Part shown: positions 1-8,343 of the stretch, in pieces | How the letters are laid out: each line of letters starts with the position of its first letter | Numbering within the stretch: the first letter of the stretch is position 1 | Assembly: GCA_965228735.1 (NCBI GenBank) | Contig: OZ245838.1 | Coordinates: 4,640,001-4,704,000 of the forward strand | Source: Planctomycetota bacterium | GTDB lineage: Bacteria > Planctomycetota > UBA1135 > UBA2386 | Reading direction: 5' to 3' | DNA length: 64,000 bases | The notes under the pieces: model-generated | Told to the model about the DNA's origin: nothing | The model's input: the letters and a program-made list of their open reading frames with translations, nothing else | Database searches by the model: none | Translations under genes and position numbers: made by a program

Positions 1-2105
1 CGTGCGAGCCGCGCGAGCGTGACGACGTTGCCGTTGCGGCCCCCGACGACGAACAACGCGTGCGTCAGGTCCGGTTCCTGGGCTGCGGCCGCGTTGATCG
101 GAACGACGAACCGATGCTCACGCTCCGAGGCTCCGGTGAGACGTGCTCGCACGAATCGGGCCAGGCTCCGGATCGACCCGGCTTCGAACAGCGTCGAGAT
201 CGGCAACTCGAGCCCGGTGTGATCCAAGATTCTGGCGAAGACGCCGACCGCGATCAGCGAGTGCCCGCCGGCTTCGACGAAGTCGATGTCCGCATCGACG
301 GGGCGGCCCAGGGCGTCCCGGAACGCCGCCGCGATCACCGTCTCGAGTTCGTCCAGATGCTGAACGCCGTTCGTTGACGGCGTTGCGGGGGAGTCGCGCG
401 CGCTGTCGCGGTCCGCGAGCAGTGCGGCTGGGACGCTCAGCTCGAAGGACCGGTCGAGCGCACCGCCGTGCCTGCTGGTTGCGGATCTGCCCGACGTCGG
501 CTTGGAGGCCGCGCTCTTCGGTGATCGGGTGGCGGGTTCGTTCGTGTCGGGCGTGACCTCGCCAGCCCGGGAAGCGTCCATCTCGAGCGTTCCGTGTTCT
601 GCGATCGTTGCACCCGGCGCGATGGACCGCAGGAAGTCGAGTGCGGGCTCATTGCGATCGGTCTCTTTGTACTCGAGACCGACCTTGCCGAGACCTCGAT
701 CGCGGGCGATGTCACCGAGCCGCTGCAGCATCCGGTGCTCGACTCCCCGTCCGAGCGCGCGGCAACTCAGCAAGAACGTCGGAGCGACAACGGCATCCCC
801 GTTCACCCGGTAGATGACCAGGCCGACGATGCCGTACTCACCGAATCGGTCGCTGGCACCGACGAGGAACCCGCGATCTCCGGAGGCCAGATCGGACTCG
901 AGCTCGTCGACTTTCCGCCGCCGAACGGAGAGGTGGAACTGGTTCGTGCGCAGTGTCAGTTCCGATGCGCGATCCATCCGCTCCGAGTCGATGTCGTGGA
1001 ACGTCAACCGCAGCTCCAGGTTGGCCAGGAACTCGCCGAGCGACGGTGCCGTATCGCGGTTCGCCTCGCGCGACAGATGGGCGCGGTAATACTCGACGCG
1101 GCTGCCGGAGGCCGCATCGTTGCGTAGATCGAACGCCCAATGGTGATCGCAGAATCGCACCATGTCGGCGTCGTTGTCCGGAAACCTCGTGACCGTCACG
1201 CCGGGGCAGTTGGCTTCGACCTCGGCACACTCGACCGGGTTGTCGTCGACGAAGATGAAGCTGTCCGTCCCGAGGCTGAGCTTCTCCCCGATCTCCCGGA
1301 TGTTTTCGGATTTCGGTCGCCAGTTGACCGCGGCGATGGTGACCGAGTCGCGCGGCAGGACCATGTCGTCGCGCTCTGCCCAGACACGCTCGACGTCCTC
1401 GGCAGAGTTCTTGGAGCACAGACCGATGACGACTCCGGACTCGGCCTGCGTGACGAGAAGGCGGTGCAGGGCGAGGTGGCCCTCGGTCAGTTCGATTCCC
1501 GTCGGCCCGACCTCGCCGCAGACGCCACGCCACAGGGTGTTGTCGCAATCGACGATGATGGCCTTGTGCGTTGGCTTGGTCCGCCGGTGCACTGCTCGAG
1601 CGAGTGCGGTGGCCCAGGCCGCATAGCCCGCCGGGGTGAACGGCATGGCACCGATCTTGTCACTCGCCGGGTCGTCGAACCTGGGCGTGGGGTAGGCGGC
1701 CTTGACCTCGTCTTCGACGATCAGGGTCACGTTCGGACTCTGGTCGATCGAGGCGCGCGCCCGTTCGACGATCGAGCCCCATTCGGCAGTGCTCTGACCG
1801 GTGCCGCGGCAGAGCCCCAGAATTGTTGGCGACGGCTGACGGGCCGCGGTCGCGATCAACTCGACAATCTGATCGGGGCCCGAGTCCTGCCAATCCGAGG
1901 GGCGGACGAGCATGGCGTGCAGTCGGTCCTCGGCGTCAGGCCGGGCTGCGGACGCGAGCAGGGTCTGGAACACCTGCCCGAACCCGTCTTCCTCGACTGC
2001 CCAGGGCATGCCGAGAGCCGTCGCCCAATGGGCGAGCAGTTCGCGGATCGGTTGCACCGAGAAGGTGCCACCGACGACGACGGTGAGTTGCTGCGGAGAC
2101 GACAA
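1..2105 (-). CDS. FkbH-family (HAD-IIIC glyceryl transferase/phosphatase)-ACP-thioesterase multidomain protein; 3' end runs off the window
   Basis: Absent from the ORF track because there is no stop in the window. Manual translation from a TTG at 2105 gives LSSPQQLTVVGGTFSVQPIRELL..., the FkbH motif HKAIIVDCDNTLW (~1530-1568), the carrier motif DFVEAGGHSL (~255-285), and a TE-like start FVVPIN...LFVVGGRNGNV at the edge. These segments share one frame. The start codon is uncertain. Confidence 0.85.
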   Translation of the reverse strand, partial: MSSPQQLTVVVGGTFSVQPIRELLAHWATALGMPWAVEEDGFGQVFQTLLASAARPDAEDRLHAMLVRPSDWQDSGPDQIVELIATAARQPSPTILGLCRGTGQSTAEWGSIVERARASIDQSPNVTLIVEDEVKAAYPTPRFDDPASDKIGAMPFTPAGYAAWATALARAVHRRTKPTHKAIIVDCDNTLWRGVCGEVGPTGIELTEGHLALHRLLVTQAESGVVIGLCSKNSAEDVERVWAERDDMVLPRDSVTIAAVNWRPKSENIREIGEKLSLGTDSFIFVDDNPVECAEVEANCPGVTVTRFPDNDADMVRFCDHHWAFDLRNDAASGSRVEYYRAHLSREANRDTAPSLGEFLANLELRLTFHDIDSERMDRASELTLRTNQFHLSVRRRKVDELESDLASGDRGFLVGASDRFGEYGIVGLVIYRVNGDAVVAPTFLLSCRALGRGVEHRMLQRLGDIARDRGLGKVGLEYKETDRNEPALDFLRSIAPGATIAEHGTLEMDASRAGEVTPDTNEPATRSPKSAASKPTSGRSATSRHGGALDRSFELSVPAALLADRDSARDSPATPSTNGVQHLDELETVIAAAFRDALGRPVDADIDFVEAGGHSLIAVGVFARILDHTGLELPISTLFEAGSIRSLARFVRARLTGASEREHRFVVPINAAAAQEPDLTHALFVVGGRNGNVVTLARLA

Positions 2106-2354
2106 GATGGGCGAATTCAGGAGCTGGCCGACTATCGGCAACGCATAACTGGGAATTGACTTACGAAGGGTGGTCAGGCTCCCGGGAGGGCCGGGAGCCG
2201 AGCGTGAACGTGGCTTCGCAACGGGGGACCGAGCCGCGGCTCGCGGAGTCGGGCAACGCGGTCCGAGCCGTTGGTCCCGGTGCGAAGGGCGGAATGCGCC
2301 CCGTGACCAGCAGGTCCCGTCGGCGGAACCGCCAGGCCCCGCGGGGGCGAGGAA

Positions 2355-3239
2355 CTAACGGCCCGGCAGCTGGTTTGTTGCAGCAAGAATCGTCGCGGCG
2401 GTTCGTGCGGCCCGAGTACCGGTGTGAGTGTTCGTGATCTTCTGCAGGGCCGCCCGAGCCGTATCGACGGTGCCGCCGGCAGCCGATTCCGTGAGAGCAT
2501 CCCGGAGCGCCTTCTCGGCCGTGATCTCGGCGACGAGTTCCGGCGCCCTCGTCCGCTGCAACAATCCTGCAGCTCTCGCTGCCAGGGTCGAGTTGGCGCC
2601 CGTTCTTTCGATGGCCTCGCAAAGCTCGGTCGCACGAGCGTATGCACCACTCGCCATTGCCTTCTCGGCGAGTCTCATGAGTCGGGCCAGGTCGCGGGCT
2701 CGATCGGCCGTGGTCGCGCGTTGCTCGGCGACGTAGTTCCGCACGGCGGCCATGTCGTCGAGTGGATTGCCCTCCATCACGACCGTGCCTTCGGGGGAGA
2801 GCAGGATGTACGACGGAACCGACTGTCGGTTCATCTCGAAGGGGTAGCCGTTCGTGAAGATCGCCGAGGTCCCGAACCACCCGCGTTCGAGCCCGAGGCG
2901 GAGAACGTCGTCGAGCTCGTGGCGTCGCTCGATCAGGATCGCCTGGAAGTGGTCGTCGAACTGACGCTGCAGATCGAGTGACGCCGGCACGGACGTCGCA
3001 ATGCAATGCCCTCAATTCTTGCCCCAGATCAGGATGAGCACGGGCACGCCGCGCAGGTCTTCGAGCGACCCTACTCCTCGGTCGTGGAACATCGGGCGAG
3101 AGAACTCGTGGCTCAGCCGATCGCCGACGCGGATGGCGCCGGGGCGGTGCGGTTGCCCGCGCGTCTTCTTGTACCAGTAGATTCCCGCGGCAGCCGCCAG
3201 GACGAGAACGGCGACCAGGATGATGCTCGGCGTCTTCAT
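2355..3239 (-). CDS. Thioredoxin-fold (TlpA/redoxin-like) membrane-anchored protein with an in-frame TGA, probably selenocysteine (UxxC)
   Basis: ORFs 3012..3239 and 2355..2990 are in the same frame, joined through TGA (3012-3014): LRGVPVLILIWGKN-U-GHC-IATSVP. There is an N-terminal hydrophobic anchor and a later VPSYILLSPEGTVV cis-Pro motif. The ATG overlaps the upstream deacetylase stop (ATGA). Confidence 0.75.
2980..2997 (-). promoter_or_regulatory. Candidate bacterial SECIS hairpin
   Basis: Stem-loop GACGUC-CGUGCC-GGCGUC whose apical loop starts 20 nt after the UGA and has G at its second position. Confidence 0.55.
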
Positions 3240-4303
3240 CGTCGGAGTAACTCACGGAAGCGGCACACCTCGGCCCGGAAGCCGGCTGAGTCGTGTTCGT
3301 CGTCTCGAACGACGGTGCGTTGCATTGTGATGGCGATGCGAGTCAGGTTGATCGGATTCGTATCGCGCTGGTTCATGCCGCCGTCACGAAAACCGGCGTA
3401 GCGGTAACCAGCCGCTCGAACGGCGGCCTCGACCCGCGCGTCCGAGTCGCCATTGGGGTAACACAGGCCGGAGACCGGCTTGTGGGTCCACTCTGCGAGC
3501 TGAGCAGCAGATTGGCGCAGCTCATGATCGAGGTCCGCGTCGTTCAGCAGCGGCAGAATCGGATGCGTCACCGAGTGCGAGCCGATCTCGTGGCCGCCGC
3601 GATCGAGCTCGATTACCTGCTCGGGAGTCATGGGGCGGCACAACGTGGCGTCGAAGGTGCCGCTGGCGACCGCCTGGGCCCGTTCGACGAACTCCATTCG
3701 CCGGGCTCCGGGGAGCGCCTTGAGGCTGTCGGTCCACGCCTGGCCGGTTGGAGGCTGCCCGTCGGCGGTAGCGGCCGAGGATTCACGCCGGACGGACCGA
3801 AGCAATTCGACCTGATCCTCGCGCGACAGCCGATCCCAGACGAATGCCGCCCGGTCGAACCACAACGCCTGGCCCGATTTCACGAAGTCGCTCGTGACGT
3901 AGAAGGTCCCTCGAACACCGTGCTTCTCGAGGATCGGAGCGGCTAGCGCGTGGTTGTCCCAATAGCCGTCGTCGAAGCTGATGGCGAGCAAGGGGCGACT
4001 CGCGGGACGGCCGTTCGCGAGTTCGTCCATGGCTTCTACGACCGGCAGAACCTCACAGTGCGACGCGAGCCACTCGACCTGGGCGTCGAACGAGTTCTGC
4101 GGAATCACCAGGCTCGCGAGCGGGTAATCGCGGCAATCCTCGAGCGGCAGCACGCGGTGATACATGAGGATCGTCAATCCGCGGCGCATTCGCCGTTCCA
4201 TCAGGCGCATCAATCCGGTCAGTTCGGCGACGCGGTCGATCCCCGAACGCAAGCGATGCTTGAAGGTGCGGGCGAGGCCAGGGGACTCGACGGCGGACGT
4301 CAT
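3236..4303 (-). CDS. Polysaccharide deacetylase (CE4/NodB family)
   Basis: Motifs ILMYHRV, ISFDDGYWD, EIGSHSVTHP and CYPNG. Start MTSAVES overlaps the upstream GT2 stop. Confidence 0.92.
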   Translation of the reverse strand: MTSAVESPGLARTFKHRLRSGIDRVAELTGLMRLMERRMRRGLTILMYHRVLPLEDCRDYPLASLVIPQNSFDAQVEWLASHCEVLPVVEAMDELANGRPASRPLLAISFDDGYWDNHALAAPILEKHGVRGTFYVTSDFVKSGQALWFDRAAFVWDRLSREDQVELLRSVRRESSAATADGQPPTGQAWTDSLKALPGARRMEFVERAQAVASGTFDATLCRPMTPEQVIELDRGGHEIGSHSVTHPILPLLNDADLDHELRQSAAQLAEWTHKPVSGLCYPNGDSDARVEAAVRAAGYRYAGFRDGGMNQRDTNPINLTRIAITMQRTVVRDDEHDSAGFRAEVCRFRELLRR

Positions 4304-5229
4304 CACTTTGCCAAGGCCTCGGTCCGAGTCCGCTGTGGTGATCGCAGGATTGGCGCCCGGAGTCGGTCGCGAAAGCGGTTGTCGCCGCGCCCGGTGAGTC
4401 GTTTCACCAACGACCGTACGCCAACGACGGTGACTTCCGCGCAGTCCGCGAACGCCGCGGCGACGACGCCGAAGTGCTTGCGCAGGTAGTAGAACCGACT
4501 CTCGTAGTAGTGCTTCGAGATGTCTTGCCCGTGCATCGTCTCGTTGGTCTTGGCGGTGCTCGCTCCTGCGAGGTGCGAGGCCACGGCTGCGCCCGTGACC
4601 CACAGCTCGTGACCGGCCTCGCACACGCGGCGACAGAGATCGGTCTCCTCGAAGTACAGGAAGAACCGTGGATCGAATCCGCCGAGCGCGACCATGACGT
4701 CACGACGCGCGAGCAGCACTGCACCGCACAGCCAGTCGGTCCGACGTGGGGCGGACCCCGGTGGGACCGGCTCACTGGGTGGGATCCTCCACCCCGCGGC
4801 GGCGGCAATGACGCGCCATGGAGTCGGCAAGGGATGGATCTTCTGGGCGGAACCGTTCGGATTGAGGATCGCCGGCGCCACGATGGCGGCCTGCGGGTGC
4901 TGCTCCAAGTGCTCCTGCAAGATCGCGAGTGCCGGCAAGGGCAGGACGGCGTCGGGGTTCAGGAACAGCACGTAGTCACCCTCGGCCATCGCCAGGCCGA
5001 TGTTGCACCCTCGACCGAAGCCGACGTTCTCCTTGCTCGCCACGACATCGACCCAGGGGAATCGCGATTCGACGGAGCCGGCCGTGTCGTCCGTACTCGC
5101 GTTGTCCACGACGATGACGCGCACCGTGCCTGCAGCTTGCCCGTCCGCGAGCGCCTCGAGCGCCGCGTCGACCGTGCCGGCTGAGTTGTACGTCACGATG
5201 ACGACCGTGATCGGGGCGCTGCGACTCAT
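4303..5229 (-). CDS. Glycosyltransferase family 2
   Basis: Motifs VVIVTYNS, VVDNASTD, NVGFGRGCN, LFLNPD and GFDPRFFLYFEETDLC. Confidence 0.93.
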   Translation of the reverse strand: MSRSAPITVVIVTYNSAGTVDAALEALADGQAAGTVRVIVVDNASTDDTAGSVESRFPWVDVVASKENVGFGRGCNIGLAMAEGDYVLFLNPDAVLPLPALAILQEHLEQHPQAAIVAPAILNPNGSAQKIHPLPTPWRVIAAAAGWRIPPSEPVPPGSAPRRTDWLCGAVLLARRDVMVALGGFDPRFFLYFEETDLCRRVCEAGHELWVTGAAVASHLAGASTAKTNETMHGQDISKHYYESRFYYLRKHFGVVAAAFADCAEVTVVGVRSLVKRLTGRGDNRFRDRLRAPILRSPQRTRTEALAK

Positions 5230-6245
5230 GACCGACCGAACAGTTTCTCGGGGAGCGTGGGGTAGGCCCCGCCGGTCTTGTAGCGGAAGAACGTCATCGA
5301 CTCCGGTGCCGCGATACGGGTGAGCTGGTAGGGGTCGGAGGCCGACGTGATCTGACGTCGGGCGCCCGACGCAACGGCAGAACTCAGCCCGGCGGCCTCG
5401 ACGAGATTCCGGCCGTCGGCGTCCGACCGACCATAGGGGAACGAGAAGTGAGCGGGTTCGTAGCCGAGCTCGCGACGGAACTCGTCGCAGCACGTGGTGA
5501 CCTCGTGGTCTCGCACCGCCGAATCCGCGTTCTGCAGGTCGCAGTGATCGGAGGTGTGTACGCCCAGCTCCATCAGGTCGTAGTCGTCGCGCAGTCGTCG
5601 AGCCTCGTCCCAGTTCATCGTCAGCCTGGGTCCGGTCTCCCGTGGCTGCAGCTGTTCCGTGAGGGTGGCCAGCAGGGCCTGACGCTGATCGAGGTTTCCG
5701 AGGATCATCGCCGAGTTGATCTCGGCACGGGCGCTTCGCTCGACGGGCCCGTGGTCGAGGCGAATCGGCGTATTGCGACCAGGCAGCGCCAGGTCCTCGC
5801 GGCTGCGGGTCCGGAAGATCGTGTGGACGCGGTCGACCCACTGATTCTCGCCGCGGCCCACGTATCCCGTACAGAGGTAGAGCAACGCTGGCAGTCCGAG
5901 CTCCGCGAGAATCGGCGCGGCGACCTCCAGGTTGTCGAGGTAACCATCGTCGAGAGTGACGACGACCGTTCCTGCTGGTGGTTCTTCGCCCTTCCGGATC
6001 GTTGCGACGAGGTCGCTGAGACCGATCACGCGACGGTGTCGCGCGAGGAACGTCATCTGTCGACGGAACAAGTTGGCGTCGATCGTGTTGGAAGGATCGT
6101 GCCAGCTACGCCGCTCCGGCGTGGAGACGCTGTGATACATCAGGATCACGGCGCCGACCGGCGACGCGGCGCGAACGTAGATCCAGGACAGGCCGCTCAG
6201 GTAGAGCCCCGCGTGCAGACCTTGCAAGACTCGTTGCTTCAACAC
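5226..6245 (-). CDS. Polysaccharide deacetylase (CE4/NodB family), second copy
   Basis: Motifs ILMYHSV, VTLDDGYLDN, LGVHTSDH and FSFPYG. Confidence 0.92.
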   Translation of the reverse strand: MLKQRVLQGLHAGLYLSGLSWIYVRAASPVGAVILMYHSVSTPERRSWHDPSNTIDANLFRRQMTFLARHRRVIGLSDLVATIRKGEEPPAGTVVVTLDDGYLDNLEVAAPILAELGLPALLYLCTGYVGRGENQWVDRVHTIFRTRSREDLALPGRNTPIRLDHGPVERSARAEINSAMILGNLDQRQALLATLTEQLQPRETGPRLTMNWDEARRLRDDYDLMELGVHTSDHCDLQNADSAVRDHEVTTCCDEFRRELGYEPAHFSFPYGRSDADGRNLVEAAGLSSAVASGARRQITSASDPYQLTRIAAPESMTFFRYKTGGAYPTLPEKLFGRS

Positions 6246-6302
6246 GGAGGAGATCGGTGCTCAGAGGCAGGCGGTTCGAGGTCGAGCGAAAGGGAGCGGC
6301 GA

Positions 6303-7025
6303 TCAGAAGTTCCCCACGGGGAAGGCGATCGGCAGCGGCAGGTTCTGGCGGATGTACTTGTCGACCCAGACGTTGATCTTGTCGATCATGTTGTTCGGGA
6401 CGTAGATCACGTCGTGCGGTTGGAGGAACACTGGTGTGCCGTCCACCCAGTTGTCGAGTCCGGCATCGAACTGCCAGACCTGGTGCCTTCGTTCGACTGG
6501 GAGCCAGCGGATCAGCATCGCTTCTTCGAGGAGTGCGGATCCCTTGACCGGCCCTCCGGCGCGTCCGATGGCCTCCAGGAAGGTAAGCTCACCGCGCCCG
6601 AACGCGACGACGCCCGGTATGTTGACCTCGCCGATCACCGTGACTTCGCGCGGCGCCGGGTCGATGATGTCGACGGACACGGTGCCCGCGCCCACCTCGC
6701 TCTGGTTGGCGTAGGCTTCGCTGACCTTGGCGCCGAGCGCCCCGACGGATAGTCCCACCAGCTGGAGCTCGCCCACGAACGTGAACGTCGCGCGGCCGTC
6801 GTCGCGCACGATGGTTTGGTGGTCCCACTCCGGCTTCTGCGGGAACCGCACACCGATCGTATCACCCGCGACGACGAACGCCTGTGGGGAGAGCGTCGCG
6901 TTGATGTCGGGAGCAACGGCACGCAAGGCCGGGAACGAGCAGCCACTGGCCAGAGTCAACGCCAGGAGTCCGAGAACTCGGCCCCCTGCTCGACGTGCCA
7001 ACGAATCACGGTTGCTCTCACGCAT
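6303..7025 (-). CDS. Polysaccharide export lipoprotein (Wza/OPX family)
   Basis: Lipobox LASGC; polysaccharide-export motif GDTIGV...VRDDGRATFTFVGEL; SLBB motifs VIGEVNIPG, AIGRAGG and LQPHDVIYVP. Confidence 0.9.
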   Translation of the reverse strand: MRESNRDSLARRAGGRVLGLLALTLASGCSFPALRAVAPDINATLSPQAFVVAGDTIGVRFPQKPEWDHQTIVRDDGRATFTFVGELQLVGLSVGALGAKVSEAYANQSEVGAGTVSVDIIDPAPREVTVIGEVNIPGVVAFGRGELTFLEAIGRAGGPVKGSALLEEAMLIRWLPVERRHQVWQFDAGLDNWVDGTPVFLQPHDVIYVPNNMIDKINVWVDKYIRQNLPLPIAFPVGNF

Positions 7026-7086
7026 CGGTCGTCGAGCATACCCCGCGTCGTGCTCGGCACACAGCGAACCCGCGCCCCGGCGGGCA

Positions 7087-7992
7087 CTACGAATCGGCGC
7101 GGGGAGTCGTTCGCGCTTCTCTGCCCGCGAGCCGTTCTGCCACCGTCCGGAGCTGACAAAGGTCGCGCGGCCGCGCCAGGCGGGAAACGCGGACGGAGCG
7201 CGCCAGTGCCACGCAGCTCTGCATCAGCGATTCGGGGCCGCTGACGCCGCTGAGAAGTTCGGGGAAGTACGAGTGCCGCAGCAACGCGACGCCCGCGGTG
7301 AGTCCGCGGAGCGGCGTCGGTTCGACGCTTCCGGTCGAACTCAGAACGTAGACGTGGCGCAGCCGGACCGGGCTGTCGGCACAGGATTCCGCGGGTACCC
7401 TGGCGACGCGCTTCTCGGGGCGGTCGCCGGGGCCGATGGGCCGGTTGTCCGGTACGACCTCACGGGTGGCCACCGGTCCGGGTGCGACCATTGGCTCGGT
7501 AGCCGTGGGGTCGATTGCCGCGATGTCGTCCGTCACGAACCGGCAGCCGAATTCGACCATGAGCCTGGCCAGCGTCGACTTGCCGACCCCGGAATCGCCA
7601 GCGAACGCGATGCCGGCCATCGTCGCGGGCTGCGCGACGCAGCTCGCGTGCAGGCAGAAGAATCCGCGTTGTTGCAGGAGCAGCCCCATGGCGGGGCCGG
7701 CGATGAACTGTGCGAGGTCCTGACTCGGCTCGACGTCTACGCCGGATGGCGTCACGGTGATCGATCGCCCGTCACGGACGCGCAGCGCGCCGACCCCGGC
7801 GCGCACGATCGTCGAGTCCTGCGGCGACAGCCGGTGCCAGTCGCCGCTGTGATCGGGCGGCGCAGCCCCGTCGGCAGGGAGTGACGAGGTTTCGATCGTG
7901 ACGTCCGTTGCGTCACGCGAGGATTCCGGCCGCAGGCTGGGGAGCGGTACTTCCGAACGGATGGACAGTCCGTATGCGCGGTATGTCGGCAC
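7087..7992 (-). CDS. HPr-kinase-related lasso peptide kinase (PadeK/PsmK-like)
   Basis: LHAS motif, Walker A GDSGVGKST and VTDD motif. Lies immediately downstream of the lasso precursor. Confidence 0.85.
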   Translation of the reverse strand: MPTYRAYGLSIRSEVPLPSLRPESSRDATDVTIETSSLPADGAAPPDHSGDWHRLSPQDSTIVRAGVGALRVRDGRSITVTPSGVDVEPSQDLAQFIAGPAMGLLLQQRGFFCLHASCVAQPATMAGIAFAGDSGVGKSTLARLMVEFGCRFVTDDIAAIDPTATEPMVAPGPVATREVVPDNRPIGPGDRPEKRVARVPAESCADSPVRLRHVYVLSSTGSVEPTPLRGLTAGVALLRHSYFPELLSGVSGPESLMQSCVALARSVRVSRLARPRDLCQLRTVAERLAGREARTTPRADS

Positions 7993-8010
7993 GGACGAAC
8001 TGCCTCAACG

Positions 8011-8026
8011 ACCGAGCGCGCTCGGT
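8011..8026. other. Perfect 16-bp palindrome between precursor and kinase (possible mRNA-stabilising stem-loop)
   Basis: ACCGAGCGCGCTCGGT is its own reverse complement. Confidence 0.45.
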
Positions 8027-8066
8027 TGAACTCGAACGGTCCTGGGCAGAGCCAGCTGGCCGAGCG

Positions 8067-8237
8067 TTAGCTCGAGCCCGGGTTCGCCCACGGGTTCCAA
8101 CCCGATCCCTGGCCGTTGAAGAATTCGCCCCAGCGGCCGCCAATCCATTGCGTGAGTTCTTCGACTCGGCCTTGGACTTCGATGGATGGCGTTTCGTAGG
8201 TGCGGTCGGTGTCGTTGGAGTGAGTCTGATCGTTCAT
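8067..8237 (-). CDS. Lasso peptide precursor (56 aa: 30-aa leader and 26-aa core WIGGRWGEFFNGQGSGWNPWANPGSS)
   Basis: Sequence MNDQTHSNDTDRTYETPSIEVQGRVEELTQ|WIGGRWGE... has the YxxPxI RRE motif, G-x-V-x-x-L-T with Thr at -2, Glu at core position 8, and a C-terminal Ser. It is flanked by the cyclase and kinase. Confidence 0.9.
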   Translation of the reverse strand: MNDQTHSNDTDRTYETPSIEVQGRVEELTQWIGGRWGEFFNGQGSGWNPWANPGSS

Positions 8238-8343
8238 CAGAGAGCTAACCAGGGTAGAAGGGTCTGGCGCAGGGGCCATCAGAAGATACCCCAGCAACGG
8301 GGTGTGGGAAGGGGGGTTGCGCCTTTTCTTCGAGCGCCTCGGC

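Noticed and set aside
7087..7992. Canonical HprK for catabolite repression
   Set aside because: No PTS context, and it is adjacent to a Ser-terminated lasso precursor.
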